DNA of 64,000 nt from assembly GCA_963783375.1 (NCBI GenBank), contig CAWANH010000029.1, positions 1,248,001 through 1,312,000 of the forward strand, in the 5' to 3' direction. Within the stretch, counting starts at the first letter, position 1. Every line of letters starts with the position of its first letter. Below are positions 10,412-20,371 of the stretch, piece by piece. The notes beneath the pieces were generated by a model. That model did not search any database. It had not been told where the DNA came from and saw only the letters and a program-made list of their open reading frames with translations. The stretch is from Candidatus Eiseniibacteriota bacterium. Lineage in GTDB: Bacteria > Eisenbacteria > RBG-16-71-46 > JABDJR01. The translations under genes were made by a program, and so were the position numbers.

Positions 10412-12105
10412 CGGGTCACCTCGCGAATGAGAAGGAACAGCGTCGCCACCGTGCTGATGAGTCCGGTCACGTCGCGGACGGTTTGCCAGAAGCTCCCCGG
10501 CGGTTTCTCCGGGACCCAGACCACATCCCCGGGGGCCAGCGTCTCCATGTCCGAGGCGAAGACCACCTCCCCCGCGACGCCCCGGGTGACCCGGGTCTGG
10601 CTCTTCTGGGCCTGGCGGCCGAAGCCGCCGGCGGCATCGACGTAGTCGGAAACGCTCCAGTCGTCATGGTAGTCGTAGAGGCCCGGCCGCTTGACCTGTC
10701 CGGTCAGCTCGACCCATCCGACCCACCGGGGCACGTCGATCCGGTCCCCCGGCTCGACCAGTGGACCGTCATCCCCGCTGATGTCCACCACCGTCTCGTG
10801 CTGCAGGCGACGGGCGAGGGCGAGGGCATAGTTTCGCGCCTCCAGGGGGCTTCTCACGCCGGTGGTATCCGGCGTCACGGTGCGCGCCAGGACGATTCGC
10901 CGGGCGACCGCTCCCGCGGCAAGCCCTCCCGCCGCTCGAACTGCGTCGCCGACCCGTGTGCGTCCGCGAACCACCGGGACCGGGCCCGGCGACTCGACCG
11001 CACCGGTGACCGAAACGGAGGCATCGGGGCGCCATTCCCCCAGCGCCCTCACCAGCACCCGGTCGCCGGGGCGGAGCGGAACTCGCACCTGCCCCGACAG
11101 CACCGGCGGTAGGGAAACCCCGAGAGTGTCATAGGTGCGATCGTCGTCGGTACGCTGGATCACCACCCGGCCAGGATCGGCATCGGGGCGGAGGCCCACC
11201 AACTCCAGCAGGTCCCCCAGATCGTCGCCGAGCACGAAGTCGTAGGATCCGGGATGAAGCACCGCCCCCTGGAACGTCACCAGGTCGCCGCGGACCGGAA
11301 CCACCACCACGTCCCCGTCCCGCAGAGTGAGGTTTCCATCCAGACTGCCGGCGAAGAGGAATCCCAGGAGATCCGCCTCATCCGAAGTGCCGTCGGTGTG
11401 GCGGACCCGGATCCGGCGGACGCTGGTCGAGTCGATCGGTCCCCCGGCCGCCTCGAGCGCCTCGCTCACCCGGGTGTACGCGCTGGCCGCTACCGCCCCC
11501 GGGTGCGGCACCCTCCCAACCACCTGTATCTTGAACGCCCGCGCCGTTTCGAGCACCAGGGTGATCTCACCGCTGGAGAAGAGCTCGCGCGCCCGCTCCT
11601 TGACGTCCGCCCGGGCTGCGATCAGGGTGGACCCGCCCACCGAGAGCGTGCCGATCTGGGGAAAGGTGACCGACCCGTCCGCGTCAACCCGGGCGGGCGC
11701 GGAGAGCGAGAGCGCACCGCGCACTTCCAGTCGCAGGAGGTCCCCGGGCCCGATGACATAGGTATCCGGGTCCACCGGACCGGCGCCGAGCAGGGTAAGG
11801 TTCTGGTCCTGGAGCTGGCGGGCCCGGGTGAGCGCCTCGGCACGGGCGGCGCCGGGAATGGCGAGATCCGAACCGCCGGCGCCGGTCCAACCGGTTGGAA
11901 GGGAGGTCGTCTGCCCGAGGGCCACGGGCGAGGCGGCGAGAAGCAGGACGAGGGCGATCAGAAGGTTACGAATCGTGGCACGATCTCGGCGGTTCCCCCG
12001 TCTATCCAAACTGGTTCCTCCCGGTTGCGGGCGGCCCACGCCCCGTTCCTTGCGACCCGGTCCCGAACGAGGCCGGTCCCATGGATGCCGCTCATCGAGG
12101 GCCAT
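10408..12105 (-). CDS. Polysaccharide export protein with Poly_export and multiple SLBB domains (Wza/KpsD-like); true start may be downstream
   Basis: DTYVIGPGDLL, repeated VxGxVxxPG...ALEAAGG SLBB units, PGDVVWVPEK. Confidence 0.85.
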   Translation of the reverse strand: MALDERHPWDRPRSGPGRKERGVGRPQPGGTSLDRRGNRRDRATIRNLLIALVLLLAASPVALGQTTSLPTGWTGAGGSDLAIPGAARAEALTRARQLQDQNLTLLGAGPVDPDTYVIGPGDLLRLEVRGALSLSAPARVDADGSVTFPQIGTLSVGGSTLIAARADVKERARELFSSGEITLVLETARAFKIQVVGRVPHPGAVAASAYTRVSEALEAAGGPIDSTSVRRIRVRHTDGTSDEADLLGFLFAGSLDGNLTLRDGDVVVVPVRGDLVTFQGAVLHPGSYDFVLGDDLGDLLELVGLRPDADPGRVVIQRTDDDRTYDTLGVSLPPVLSGQVRVPLRPGDRVLVRALGEWRPDASVSVTGAVESPGPVPVVRGRTRVGDAVRAAGGLAAGAVARRIVLARTVTPDTTGVRSPLEARNYALALARRLQHETVVDISGDDGPLVEPGDRIDVPRWVGWVELTGQVKRPGLYDYHDDWSVSDYVDAAGGFGRQAQKSQTRVTRGVAGEVVFASDMETLAPGDVVWVPEKPPGSFWQTVRDVTGLISTVATLFLLIREVTR

Positions 12106-12287
12106 CGCGCGACCCTCTGAAGCGGCCCGGGAATCTTCCCCCTCCCGCCGCTTCGGCGCAAGGCCGAAGGAGACCCCGGGGACGACGAGAATCCGGGGAC
12201 AACGGGAACCTGGCTTGACCGAATCCCCGGTTCAGGGTTCAATTCACCCTCGGCCCGGGTCACCTCAGATCCCTAACACCCCACTCC

Positions 12288-13112
12288 ATGAAGCATCGAG
12301 CCAACACCAAATCGTTCTGGGACGAGATCGATTACCGGCGGTGGGAGGATGCCGTATCGCGCAGCGAAACGGAGGCATCCTCATGGTCTACCCGCGCCTT
12401 CCTGCATCCGCTCCTACCCCGGTTGCGCGGAAAGAGCGTCCTGGACCTGGGCTGCGGGCCGGGGTCCCTGACCCCCTATCTGGCTTCCGCCGCGAAAAGC
12501 GTACTCGGCATGGATTTTTCGGCGGCTGCGCTATCCGTGGCCAGGAAGCGATGTGCGGGACTCGAAAATGTCGCGTTCGTCGAAGGAGACATCCTCGAGC
12601 TGGATCTTGGCCGCAGATTCGACGTGGTCACCGGCAGGATGTTTCTGCACGAGATCCTGCACGAGGATACACCGCGTCTGGTGACCCGCCTGGATTCTCT
12701 GCTCACCCAGGGGGGGTTCATCTACTTCCAGGAGAACTCCTATTTCAATCCGGCCGCCCGATTCTTCCGGGAGCACCTGGTCGGTCGCTTCGGAATCCCG
12801 AAATACGGCTCCGACAACGAACTTCCCTTCGACCGGACCCGGTTCGAGATGTACCGCCGCGCCTTTGTCCACTGCGAGCGCTACGTGGACGGCGTCGACC
12901 TTTTCCAGAAGGTGAACCAGTATCTCGTTCCGGCGGGAAGGGACCGCCTGGCCGGACTGTGGGCGGGCATGGACCGCGCGTTGACCGCCCTCCAGCACCG
13001 CACCGGCTGGCTCGACAACTGGAGCTACACCCAGACCATCTATGCCTCGCAAACCGTGCCGCGATGCGAAGCTCTCGGTGGAATGCATCTCCCGCAAAAC
13101 GAAGGGCGGTAA
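12288..13112 (+). CDS. Class I SAM-dependent methyltransferase
   Basis: VLDLGCGPG motif I, GMDFS, FDVV, LTQGG. Confidence 0.85.
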   Translation: MKHRANTKSFWDEIDYRRWEDAVSRSETEASSWSTRAFLHPLLPRLRGKSVLDLGCGPGSLTPYLASAAKSVLGMDFSAAALSVARKRCAGLENVAFVEGDILELDLGRRFDVVTGRMFLHEILHEDTPRLVTRLDSLLTQGGFIYFQENSYFNPAARFFREHLVGRFGIPKYGSDNELPFDRTRFEMYRRAFVHCERYVDGVDLFQKVNQYLVPAGRDRLAGLWAGMDRALTALQHRTGWLDNWSYTQTIYASQTVPRCEALGGMHLPQNEGR

Positions 13113-13116
13113 GCCG

Positions 13117-14634
13117 TTGAAGGTCGTCTTCCTGGTTCTGGCTATCGTCCTTGCGGCCTCTTCCGCCGCCGCCGCCGCCCCCGGCTCCCGCTACCTCCCC
13201 CTGGACGACCCGGCCTACGAGGGCATCCGCGTTCTCCAGGAAGCGGGCTACCTCGAGGGGTTGAACCCCCTGGTTCAGCCCTACCACCGCGCCGACGTCG
13301 CGGACGCGGTCGCGGCGCTCGACCCCGACGCCATGCCGGCCGGCCCCGCCCACTGGGCGCGGCTCCTCCGGGCCGAGTTCGCGCCTTCAGGCCCGCCGGC
13401 GGCCGGAGCCACCGAAGATCGGGTCCGATGGGGAAGCTGGGTCGAGGGCGGGGCCCGCGGCTCCACCAGCCGACGATTCGATCCCCTCCGCCCCCTCGGC
13501 GACGCGAACAAGGGCTGGCCCTACGGGCGCGCGGAAATCGGGTTCAGCGAGGGCCCCCTGGCCGCCGACCTGGTGCTCCTGGCTGACCGTTACCTCAAGG
13601 ACGACCCCGACGGCGTCGATCCCCAGCGGCGGATCGGCCGCTCGGAGACCGCCTACCTCTCCTTCGCCTTCCCCCACGGCGAGATCTCCGTCGGCCGCCT
13701 GGCCCGGAACTGGGGCATGCTCGGCGCCCCCGGGCTCATGGTGGGCTCGAGCCCCACCCCCTATCCCCAGATCGCGCTGGCCGTCGAGGCCGGCCGCTTC
13801 CGCCTCAACTCCTTCCTGGGCGAGCTCGACACCCTCGACACCGCCAAGCGCTACCTGGCCGCCCATCGGATGGACCTGGCCTGGCCGAACCTGATCCTCT
13901 CCTTCGGCGAGAGCATTCTCTTCGCCGGCGACCAGCCCGGGTTCCCGATCCGCCACCTGCTTCCGATCGAGGTCTTCTACTTCGACAGCGACGCCCCGCC
14001 CCATGACGTGACCCAGAACCTCATGCTGGACTGGAGCGCGTGGTGGCGGCGGGGGCCGGTCCAGGCCTACCTGGAGTTCCTCCTGGACGACGTGGACCTC
14101 ACCCCGCCCAAGGGTGCCGACCGCGAGCCCACGAGTTATGCGGTGACCCTGGGCGGGCGCTGGACCCCCGGCCGGAACCCGGTGACCCTGGGCCTGGAGT
14201 ACACCCGGGTCTCGGCCTGGGCGTATCGGACGCCGAACCTGATCGACCGCTACAGCTACCTGAACCGAGGCCTCGGGGCGAACTTCTCGGACTTCGACCG
14301 GGTGCGCGTGTTCGCGGACTGGCTTCCACCGGTGGCGGGCCTGCGTCTCACCCCGGAGGTGCAGGTGCTCCGCCGAGGGGAAGGGAGTTTCCGCCTGCCC
14401 GACCCGGACCCGGTCACCTATCACGCCAGCCCCAACGTCTTCCTGGGTACGATCGAGACCACGGTTCGGGGCGCGCTGGCCGGGCGCTACCAACCGTCGC
14501 GGCACGGCTGGGTCGGCTGGGACCTGGGGGTGAACCGCACCACCGACTTCGAGCATGTCCCCGGGAGCGACAAGACCGCCTTCGAGGGCACGGCGGAGGT
14601 GGGAGTGCGGTTCGATCTGGTCGAGCAGCGGTAG
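13117..14634 (+). CDS. Capsule assembly Wzi-like outer-membrane protein
   Basis: Signal peptide, YLPLDDPAY, GRLARNWG, YLAAHR, ESILF, YLEFLLDD, beta-barrel-like alternation; EPS context. Confidence 0.65.
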   Translation: MKVVFLVLAIVLAASSAAAAAPGSRYLPLDDPAYEGIRVLQEAGYLEGLNPLVQPYHRADVADAVAALDPDAMPAGPAHWARLLRAEFAPSGPPAAGATEDRVRWGSWVEGGARGSTSRRFDPLRPLGDANKGWPYGRAEIGFSEGPLAADLVLLADRYLKDDPDGVDPQRRIGRSETAYLSFAFPHGEISVGRLARNWGMLGAPGLMVGSSPTPYPQIALAVEAGRFRLNSFLGELDTLDTAKRYLAAHRMDLAWPNLILSFGESILFAGDQPGFPIRHLLPIEVFYFDSDAPPHDVTQNLMLDWSAWWRRGPVQAYLEFLLDDVDLTPPKGADREPTSYAVTLGGRWTPGRNPVTLGLEYTRVSAWAYRTPNLIDRYSYLNRGLGANFSDFDRVRVFADWLPPVAGLRLTPEVQVLRRGEGSFRLPDPDPVTYHASPNVFLGTIETTVRGALAGRYQPSRHGWVGWDLGVNRTTDFEHVPGSDKTAFEGTAEVGVRFDLVEQR

Positions 14635-14732
14635 GGGTCCGGCCGGCGGTCCACCCTTCGGGGGAGTCCGCGGGTAGGTCGCGGGTGCCGTTTCGTGGTC
14701 CCGGGCACATCCTCCGCACGAGGAAACCGAAA

Positions 14733-15791
14733 TCACGACGTGGGGGCTACCGTTCCCCCTTCGGTCAGACTCGATCCGGCGCGAGCGGGACGGCGAACCA
14801 GCGCATACCGGGCCAGCACCAGCCCGTCCACGATCAACACGAAGTAGAAGATCGCGAACCGCCAGACCGCGGTCACCGGGCCGAGGAGCGCGGCGGGTAC
14901 GAACGGCTGGTAGACCAGGGCGAACGCGGTCTCGACGGCCGCGGCGCCGCCGGGGGTGGGAACCACCGTCCCCGCGGTGAAGACCACCCACTGCAGGAGC
15001 ACGTGGGGAAGCGGCGCGGTCCGGATCCCGAAGGCGGCCAGGACCGCGGCCACCACGGTGTAGCGGGCGATCCACTGGATCGCGGTGAGGGTCAGGCACC
15101 CCAGGGCTCGGAGCTTCCCGCGACGGAGGACCAGGGCGAAGGCGCCTCGGACCTCGCGCACCCAGGCGCGGGCGCGCGGGAAGAACCCGGGGCGGGACCG
15201 CCACCGTCCCGACACCCGCTTCACGACGAAGCCCAGCACCACGCCGAGAGCGAGCCCCCCGGCCAGGACCCACGCCGCCCGCGTTCCGGTCCGGGCCAGA
15301 ACCTCGCCCACCACCCCGTCGGGCCCGCCACCCAGGAAGTACGCCAGCGGGAGGAACACCGCGAAGAAGATCGCGTCCTCCACCGCCATCAGCGCCACCA
15401 GGGCCGAGGCGCGGGGGGTGGAAAGGCCGTGGCCGGTGAGCATCGCCAGCCGGACCGCTCCCGCTCCCGCCGCGGTGGGGGTGAGCGCCGCCCCCAGGTC
15501 CGAGGCCACCGCGATCCGGAACGCGTCGCCGGTCCCCGGCATCCCGCCCATGAACCGCGCCCAGATCCGCAACCGGAGCGCGTTCATGGCCAGCGGCACC
15601 AGGGCCAATCCCGCGGCCAGGGCCAGAAATCCCGGCGCGGTCACCAGCCGCGTCCCCCATCCCCCCCGGTGGGCGGTGAGAAACGCGAACACCAGGTTCA
15701 ACACCAGGGCGGCCCCGAGCGCCGCGGCGGCGAGGCGCACCCAGCGCCGGCTTCGGATCCTCGTCCACGCCTCAGGCAGATCGAAGGGCAC
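14733..15791 (-). CDS. Lysylphosphatidylglycerol-synthase TM (UPF0104/flippase-like) membrane protein
   Basis: ALTPTAAG, PTPGGAAAVE, VWRFAIFY motifs; multi-TM. Confidence 0.75.
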   Translation of the reverse strand: MPFDLPEAWTRIRSRRWVRLAAAALGAALVLNLVFAFLTAHRGGWGTRLVTAPGFLALAAGLALVPLAMNALRLRIWARFMGGMPGTGDAFRIAVASDLGAALTPTAAGAGAVRLAMLTGHGLSTPRASALVALMAVEDAIFFAVFLPLAYFLGGGPDGVVGEVLARTGTRAAWVLAGGLALGVVLGFVVKRVSGRWRSRPGFFPRARAWVREVRGAFALVLRRGKLRALGCLTLTAIQWIARYTVVAAVLAAFGIRTAPLPHVLLQWVVFTAGTVVPTPGGAAAVETAFALVYQPFVPAALLGPVTAVWRFAIFYFVLIVDGLVLARYALVRRPARAGSSLTEGGTVAPTS

Positions 15792-16959
15792 GTCCCCTCC
15801 GATCGGCGGCGCGAAGGCCGGTTTCGTAGAGCGCGAAGAGCCTCTCGAACGTTCGCTCCCAGGTGAGCCCGCCCTCCACCCGGCGGCGCGCGTTTCGCCC
15901 CAGGGTCCCGCGCCGCTCCGGGTCGGCGAGACCCGTCACCGCCTGGGCCAGGGCCTCGGGGTCGAGGCCCGGCAGCAGGATGCCGCACGACGCATCCACG
16001 CGGTCCGTCATCGCCCCCGCCCGCTGGCCGACCACCGGAAGCCCGGAGGCCTGGGCCTCCACCACCGCGAGCCCGAAGGTCTCGAACCGAGCCGCCGACA
16101 CGTACACATCGGCCGAGGCCAGGGCCCGTGCGACGCGGTCGCGGTCGCGCTCGAAGGGAAGGACGACGAGCCGCGGATCCGCCACTGCCGCCCGCTCCCA
16201 GCGAGATTGCTCGGGCCCCTGACCGAGGAGCACCAATCGGGCGTCGATCTTCGAAGGAAGCCGCTTCACCGCTTCCACCAGCACGTCGATCCGCTTTTCC
16301 CGGTCCAGGCGCCCGGCGTGGATGAGCACCAGGTCCCGCTCCCCCGCCCCGATCTCCCGGCGCCACCCGGGATCGCGGCGGCCGGGATGGAAGGTGCGGA
16401 CATCCGCGCCCAGGGACAGTTGCTCCACGTTCTCCACCCCACCCGCGGTCAACGCGCGCGCCCGGTCCGGCGAGGACACCAGGGTCAGATCCAGCCGCGC
16501 GTGGACCCACCGGGCGTAGCGGTCCGCGACCGCGGCGGCCCGGCGCGCCGCCGGCCGCCCGATCACGCGGCCGAGCGGGGTCTCCACGTAGGCCCGCGGA
16601 AAATCGGTGTGGTAGAAGCCGGCCAGAAGCCAGGAGCGCCCGCCGAACCCGCGCGCGGCCCGGGGCTGGAAGTAGGGGTTTCCGATCTCGATCACGTCGG
16701 GGCGGACCGCCTCCACCACCGCGGCGAGCTTTCCGTGGCGGAGCATCGCCCGGTAGGGCGCGCACCCGGGGATGACCGGCGAGGCGATCCCGAAGACTCG
16801 CGTCCGGCCCCGCTCCTCCACCCGGTCGCGCGCCGCGGGAACCACCAGAACGTGCTCGAAGTCGGTGGACTCTCGGATGAAGCGGATCTTCTGGTCGAGG
16901 TAGGTACGGATACCGCCGCTCGTCGGGTGGTAGGCGTCGGTGAGATCCAGGATCCTCAC
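15772..16959 (-). CDS. GT4 glycosyltransferase (PimB/MgtA-like)
   Basis: YHPTSGGIRTY, YHTDFP, GRLDREK, ETFGLAVVEAQASGLPV. Confidence 0.88.
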   Translation of the reverse strand: MRILDLTDAYHPTSGGIRTYLDQKIRFIRESTDFEHVLVVPAARDRVEERGRTRVFGIASPVIPGCAPYRAMLRHGKLAAVVEAVRPDVIEIGNPYFQPRAARGFGGRSWLLAGFYHTDFPRAYVETPLGRVIGRPAARRAAAVADRYARWVHARLDLTLVSSPDRARALTAGGVENVEQLSLGADVRTFHPGRRDPGWRREIGAGERDLVLIHAGRLDREKRIDVLVEAVKRLPSKIDARLVLLGQGPEQSRWERAAVADPRLVVLPFERDRDRVARALASADVYVSAARFETFGLAVVEAQASGLPVVGQRAGAMTDRVDASCGILLPGLDPEALAQAVTGLADPERRGTLGRNARRRVEGGLTWERTFERLFALYETGLRAADRRGRALRSA

Positions 16960-17068
16960 GGGTCGCTCCCCGGGCGGGCGGTTCCCGGGCCCGCCGCCGG
17001 CGCGCCCCGGCGCCCGGGCCGGGCGCGTGCCGGGGCGCCGGCGTCGCAGCGAACCCAGGGCGCCGCGC

Positions 17069-18232
17069 TCACCCCGCCGCCAGTTCCATGGCCGCTTCCC
17101 GGACCGGGCTCCGGTGCTCCCGGATCACCCGATGGTAATCGGTGATGAGGCGGCGGTTGATCGTTCCCCAGTCGTAGCGGTCGACGGTGCGGAGCGCGCC
17201 CTCGCGCATGGCGTGGTGGGCCGAGGGGTCGGAAAGCACGGCCCGGACCTTCTCCGCGAAGTCCCCCGGGTTCCTCGGCCGGGCGAGAAGCCCGTTTTGC
17301 CCGGGGACGATCAGGTCCCGGGAGCCGCTGGCCCGGACCCCGACCACCGGAAGCCCCGAAGCGAAGGCCTCCAGGATCACGTTTCCGAAGGTCTCGGTGG
17401 TGGAGGGGAACACGAACAGGTCGGCGGAAGCGTACCAGCGGGCGAGGTCGATCCCGGTCAGATAGCCGGTGAAGTGGGCCTCGGGAAGGCGGGCGCGGAG
17501 ATCCGGACCGAAGGGACCGTCCCCGACCAGAACCAGCTTGAACCGCGTTCCGCGCCCGCGCAGAATGCGCGCCGCCTCGACCAGGTCGGACAGGTCCTTC
17601 TCCCGCACCAGCCGCCCCACGTAGAGCAGCACCGGCTCATCCCCGGCGCCGATGGAGCGGCGGAGTCCCTCGCTCCGGTACCCGGGAGCGAAGCGGTCCC
17701 GCCTCACCCCGCGCTGCCAGAGATCCAGCCGGGGAATGCCCCTGGAGCGGAGGGTCTCCAGGGTGGAGGGCGAGGGAACGTAGGTGGCCCGGCAGCGGGA
17801 ATGGAACCAACGGAGCAGCCGCCAGCCCAACCCCTGGAGCTTTCCCAGGCCGTAGTAGGGGAAGTACGAGACGTAGTTCGTATGGTAGCTGGTCACCACC
17901 GGCAGGTTCCGCCGCCGCCCGTAGGACAGCGCGTAGAGCCCGAGCAGGGTGGGGTTGGCGGCGTGAATGATCTCCGGGCGGAACCGATCCAGGGCCCGGT
18001 CCAGCCGGGGGCTCACCGGGAGGGCGATCCGGTAGTAGCCGTAGCCCGGAAACGGGACCGAAGGCACCTTGTGGACCACGCGGCGGGAGGCCAGGTCGGG
18101 GGCGGGGTCGATGCCGGAGACGATCCGGTAACCGATCCCCTCCCGGTCCATGGATTCGGTCAGGTGGGTGAGGGCGTGGCACACCCCGTCCCGGATGGGG
18201 GGAACCGCCTCCGAGAACAGGGCCACCTGCAT
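17069..18232 (-). CDS. GT4 glycosyltransferase (glycolipid synthase/MgtA-like)
   Basis: SYHTNY, RGVRRDRF, GRLVREK, PSTTETFGNVILEAFASGLPV. Confidence 0.9.
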   Translation of the reverse strand: MQVALFSEAVPPIRDGVCHALTHLTESMDREGIGYRIVSGIDPAPDLASRRVVHKVPSVPFPGYGYYRIALPVSPRLDRALDRFRPEIIHAANPTLLGLYALSYGRRRNLPVVTSYHTNYVSYFPYYGLGKLQGLGWRLLRWFHSRCRATYVPSPSTLETLRSRGIPRLDLWQRGVRRDRFAPGYRSEGLRRSIGAGDEPVLLYVGRLVREKDLSDLVEAARILRGRGTRFKLVLVGDGPFGPDLRARLPEAHFTGYLTGIDLARWYASADLFVFPSTTETFGNVILEAFASGLPVVGVRASGSRDLIVPGQNGLLARPRNPGDFAEKVRAVLSDPSAHHAMREGALRTVDRYDWGTINRRLITDYHRVIREHRSPVREAAMELAAG

Positions 18233-18236
18233 CGGC

Positions 18237-19337
18237 TCAGCTTCCTCCGGTCATCCCGTCCAGCACCGCGGCGATCCGCTCCCCCGCCCTGCCGTCCCAG
18301 AGTTCGGGAACCTTCCCCGCCTTCCCCCCCTCCCGGAGCACCTGTTCCCCCGCGGTCACGATCCGCTCCGGGTCGATTCCCACCAGCTCGTTGGTCCCCT
18401 CGGTCACCGTGACCGGACGCTCGGTGTTGAGCCGGACGGTGAGGCAGGGCACCCCCATGAAGGTGGTCTCCTCCTGGATGCCGCCGGAGTCGGTGACCAC
18501 CAGGGCCGCGTTGTCCTCCAGCTTCAGGAAGTCCAGGTAGCCCAGGGGATCGGCCAGGCGAAGCCCGGGGCGGGCGGTGAGGATCTCCTCGAACCCGAAC
18601 TCCCGGATTCGGTTCCGGGTCCGGGGATGCACCGGGAAGAGCACCGGAAGGTGTCTGGAGAGATGCCCCAGGGCCTCGAGGATCCCCCGGAACACCGCGG
18701 GCTCGTCCACGTTCGAGGGCCGGTGCAAGGTGACCAGGATGTACCCGCGCGGCCCCACCCCCAGGTCCGTGAGCGCCGCGCTTTGCGCCGCGCGCTCCCG
18801 GTGGTGAACCAGGGAATCGATCATCACGTTCCCCACGAAGTGGATCCGCTCCGCCGCCACCCCCTCCCGGAGGAGGTTCGGCGCGGCGTCGGCGCAGGAG
18901 GTGAAGAGATCGTCGGCCAGCGTATCGGTGACCAGGCGGTTGATCTCCTCCGGCATGTCCCGGTCGAAGGAGCGAAGCCCCGACTCCACGTGCCCCAGCC
19001 GGATCCGGAGCTTGGACGCCACCAGGGAGCAGGCCAGGGTGGAGTTCACGTCCCCCACCACCAGCACGTAGTCCGGCGCGTGCTCCAGGCAGAGGTCCTC
19101 GAAGGCGTTCATCACCTTCGCGGTCTGCTTGGTGTGGGAGTCGGATCCGACCCCGAGGTGGACGTCGGGCCGGGGGAGCCCCAGGTCCTCGAAGAACACC
19201 TTGCTCATGGCGTCGTCGTAGTGCTGGCCGGTGTGGACCAGGAGCGGGGTGAGGGACGGGAACTTCGCCGCCGCCTCGATGACCGGGCCGATCTTCATGA
19301 AGTTGGGGCGCGCCCCCACCACGCAGGCGATCTTCAT
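18237..19337 (-). CDS. wecB: UDP-N-acetylglucosamine 2-epimerase (non-hydrolysing)
   Basis: MKIACVVGARPNFMKI, HTGQHYD, HVESGLRS, DSGGIQEE; the true start is inside the 926-aa track ORF. Confidence 0.95.
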   Translation of the reverse strand: MKIACVVGARPNFMKIGPVIEAAAKFPSLTPLLVHTGQHYDDAMSKVFFEDLGLPRPDVHLGVGSDSHTKQTAKVMNAFEDLCLEHAPDYVLVVGDVNSTLACSLVASKLRIRLGHVESGLRSFDRDMPEEINRLVTDTLADDLFTSCADAAPNLLREGVAAERIHFVGNVMIDSLVHHRERAAQSAALTDLGVGPRGYILVTLHRPSNVDEPAVFRGILEALGHLSRHLPVLFPVHPRTRNRIREFGFEEILTARPGLRLADPLGYLDFLKLEDNAALVVTDSGGIQEETTFMGVPCLTVRLNTERPVTVTEGTNELVGIDPERIVTAGEQVLREGGKAGKVPELWDGRAGERIAAVLDGMTGGS

Positions 19338-20368
19338 CGGTCGCCGTACATCTTCTCGTAGTAGTCGCGGAAGGCGCCGCTCTTGATCCGCTCCCACCAC
19401 GTGCGGTGGTCCACGTACCAGCGGATGGTCTCGGGAAGGCCGGTCCCGAAGCCGATCTCCGGCTCGAATCCCGTCCGCTCGGTGATCTTGGACCCGTCCA
19501 GGGCGTAGCGGCGGTCGTGGCCGAGGCGGTCGGTGACGTGCTGGAGGAGGCTCGGGGGCTTTCCCAGGGTCTCGAGGATCACCGCCGCGATCTCGAGGAC
19601 GTCCCGCTCGTTCCCCCCCGCGATGTTGAAGATCTCCCCCACCACGCCCTCCGCGTCGGCGGCCAGCAGGGTCTCCAGGGCCCGACAATGGTCGGCCACG
19701 TGGATCCAGTCCCGCCGGTTCCGCCCGCTGCCGTACACCGGGAGCGGCCGGTCCTCCATGGCGTTGGTGGTGAAGAGGGGGATCATCTTCTCCGGGTACT
19801 GGTAGGGGCCGTAGTTGTTGCTGCAGCGGGTGATCACCACCGGGAGGCCGAAGGTGGCCGAGAAGGCCTGGGCCATGGCGTCGCCGCCGGCCTTGGTGGC
19901 GCTGTAGGGGTTCCGGGGCTTCAAGGGCGCCTCCTCGGTCACCGGATCCCCCATGACCTCCCCGTAGACCTCGTCGGTTCCCACCTGGATGAAGCGGCGG
20001 ACCGGGTGCTTCCGGGCCGCGTTCAGGAGGGTCAGCGGACCCTCGATGTTGGCGCGGATGAGCGGCGCCTGGTTCTCGATCGCCCGGTCCACGTGGGTCT
20101 CGGCGGCGAAGTTCACCACGTAGTCGGCGCGCTCCACCAACGGCTCCACCGCCGCGGGATCGGCCACGTCGCCCCGGACGAAGGTGAAGCGGGGATCCTC
20201 CTCGAAGGCTCGGTGGTTCTCCAGGTTCCCGGCGTAGGTGAGGAGATCGAGCACGATCACCTCGACCCGGCGCCCCGGCGACAGCAGGCGGTGCACGAAG
20301 TTGGTGCCGATGAACCCGGCCCCGCCCGCCACCAGGACCGTGCCCTCGGAGAGCCCAGGGTCGGCCAC
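19334..20368 (-). CDS. rfbB: dTDP-glucose 4,6-dehydratase
   Basis: GGAGFIG, DLLTYAGN, AAETHVDR, TDEVYG, PYSATKA, NNYGPYQYPEK, GHDRRY. Confidence 0.95.
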   Translation of the reverse strand: MADPGLSEGTVLVAGGAGFIGTNFVHRLLSPGRRVEVIVLDLLTYAGNLENHRAFEEDPRFTFVRGDVADPAAVEPLVERADYVVNFAAETHVDRAIENQAPLIRANIEGPLTLLNAARKHPVRRFIQVGTDEVYGEVMGDPVTEEAPLKPRNPYSATKAGGDAMAQAFSATFGLPVVITRCSNNYGPYQYPEKMIPLFTTNAMEDRPLPVYGSGRNRRDWIHVADHCRALETLLAADAEGVVGEIFNIAGGNERDVLEIAAVILETLGKPPSLLQHVTDRLGHDRRYALDGSKITERTGFEPEIGFGTGLPETIRWYVDHRTWWERIKSGAFRDYYEKMYGDR

Positions 20369-20371
20369 CGG

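Noticed and set aside
11100-11115. ops/JUMPStart-like GGCGGTAG
   Set aside because: It lies inside the SLBB gene on the non-coding strand; chance match in GC-rich DNA
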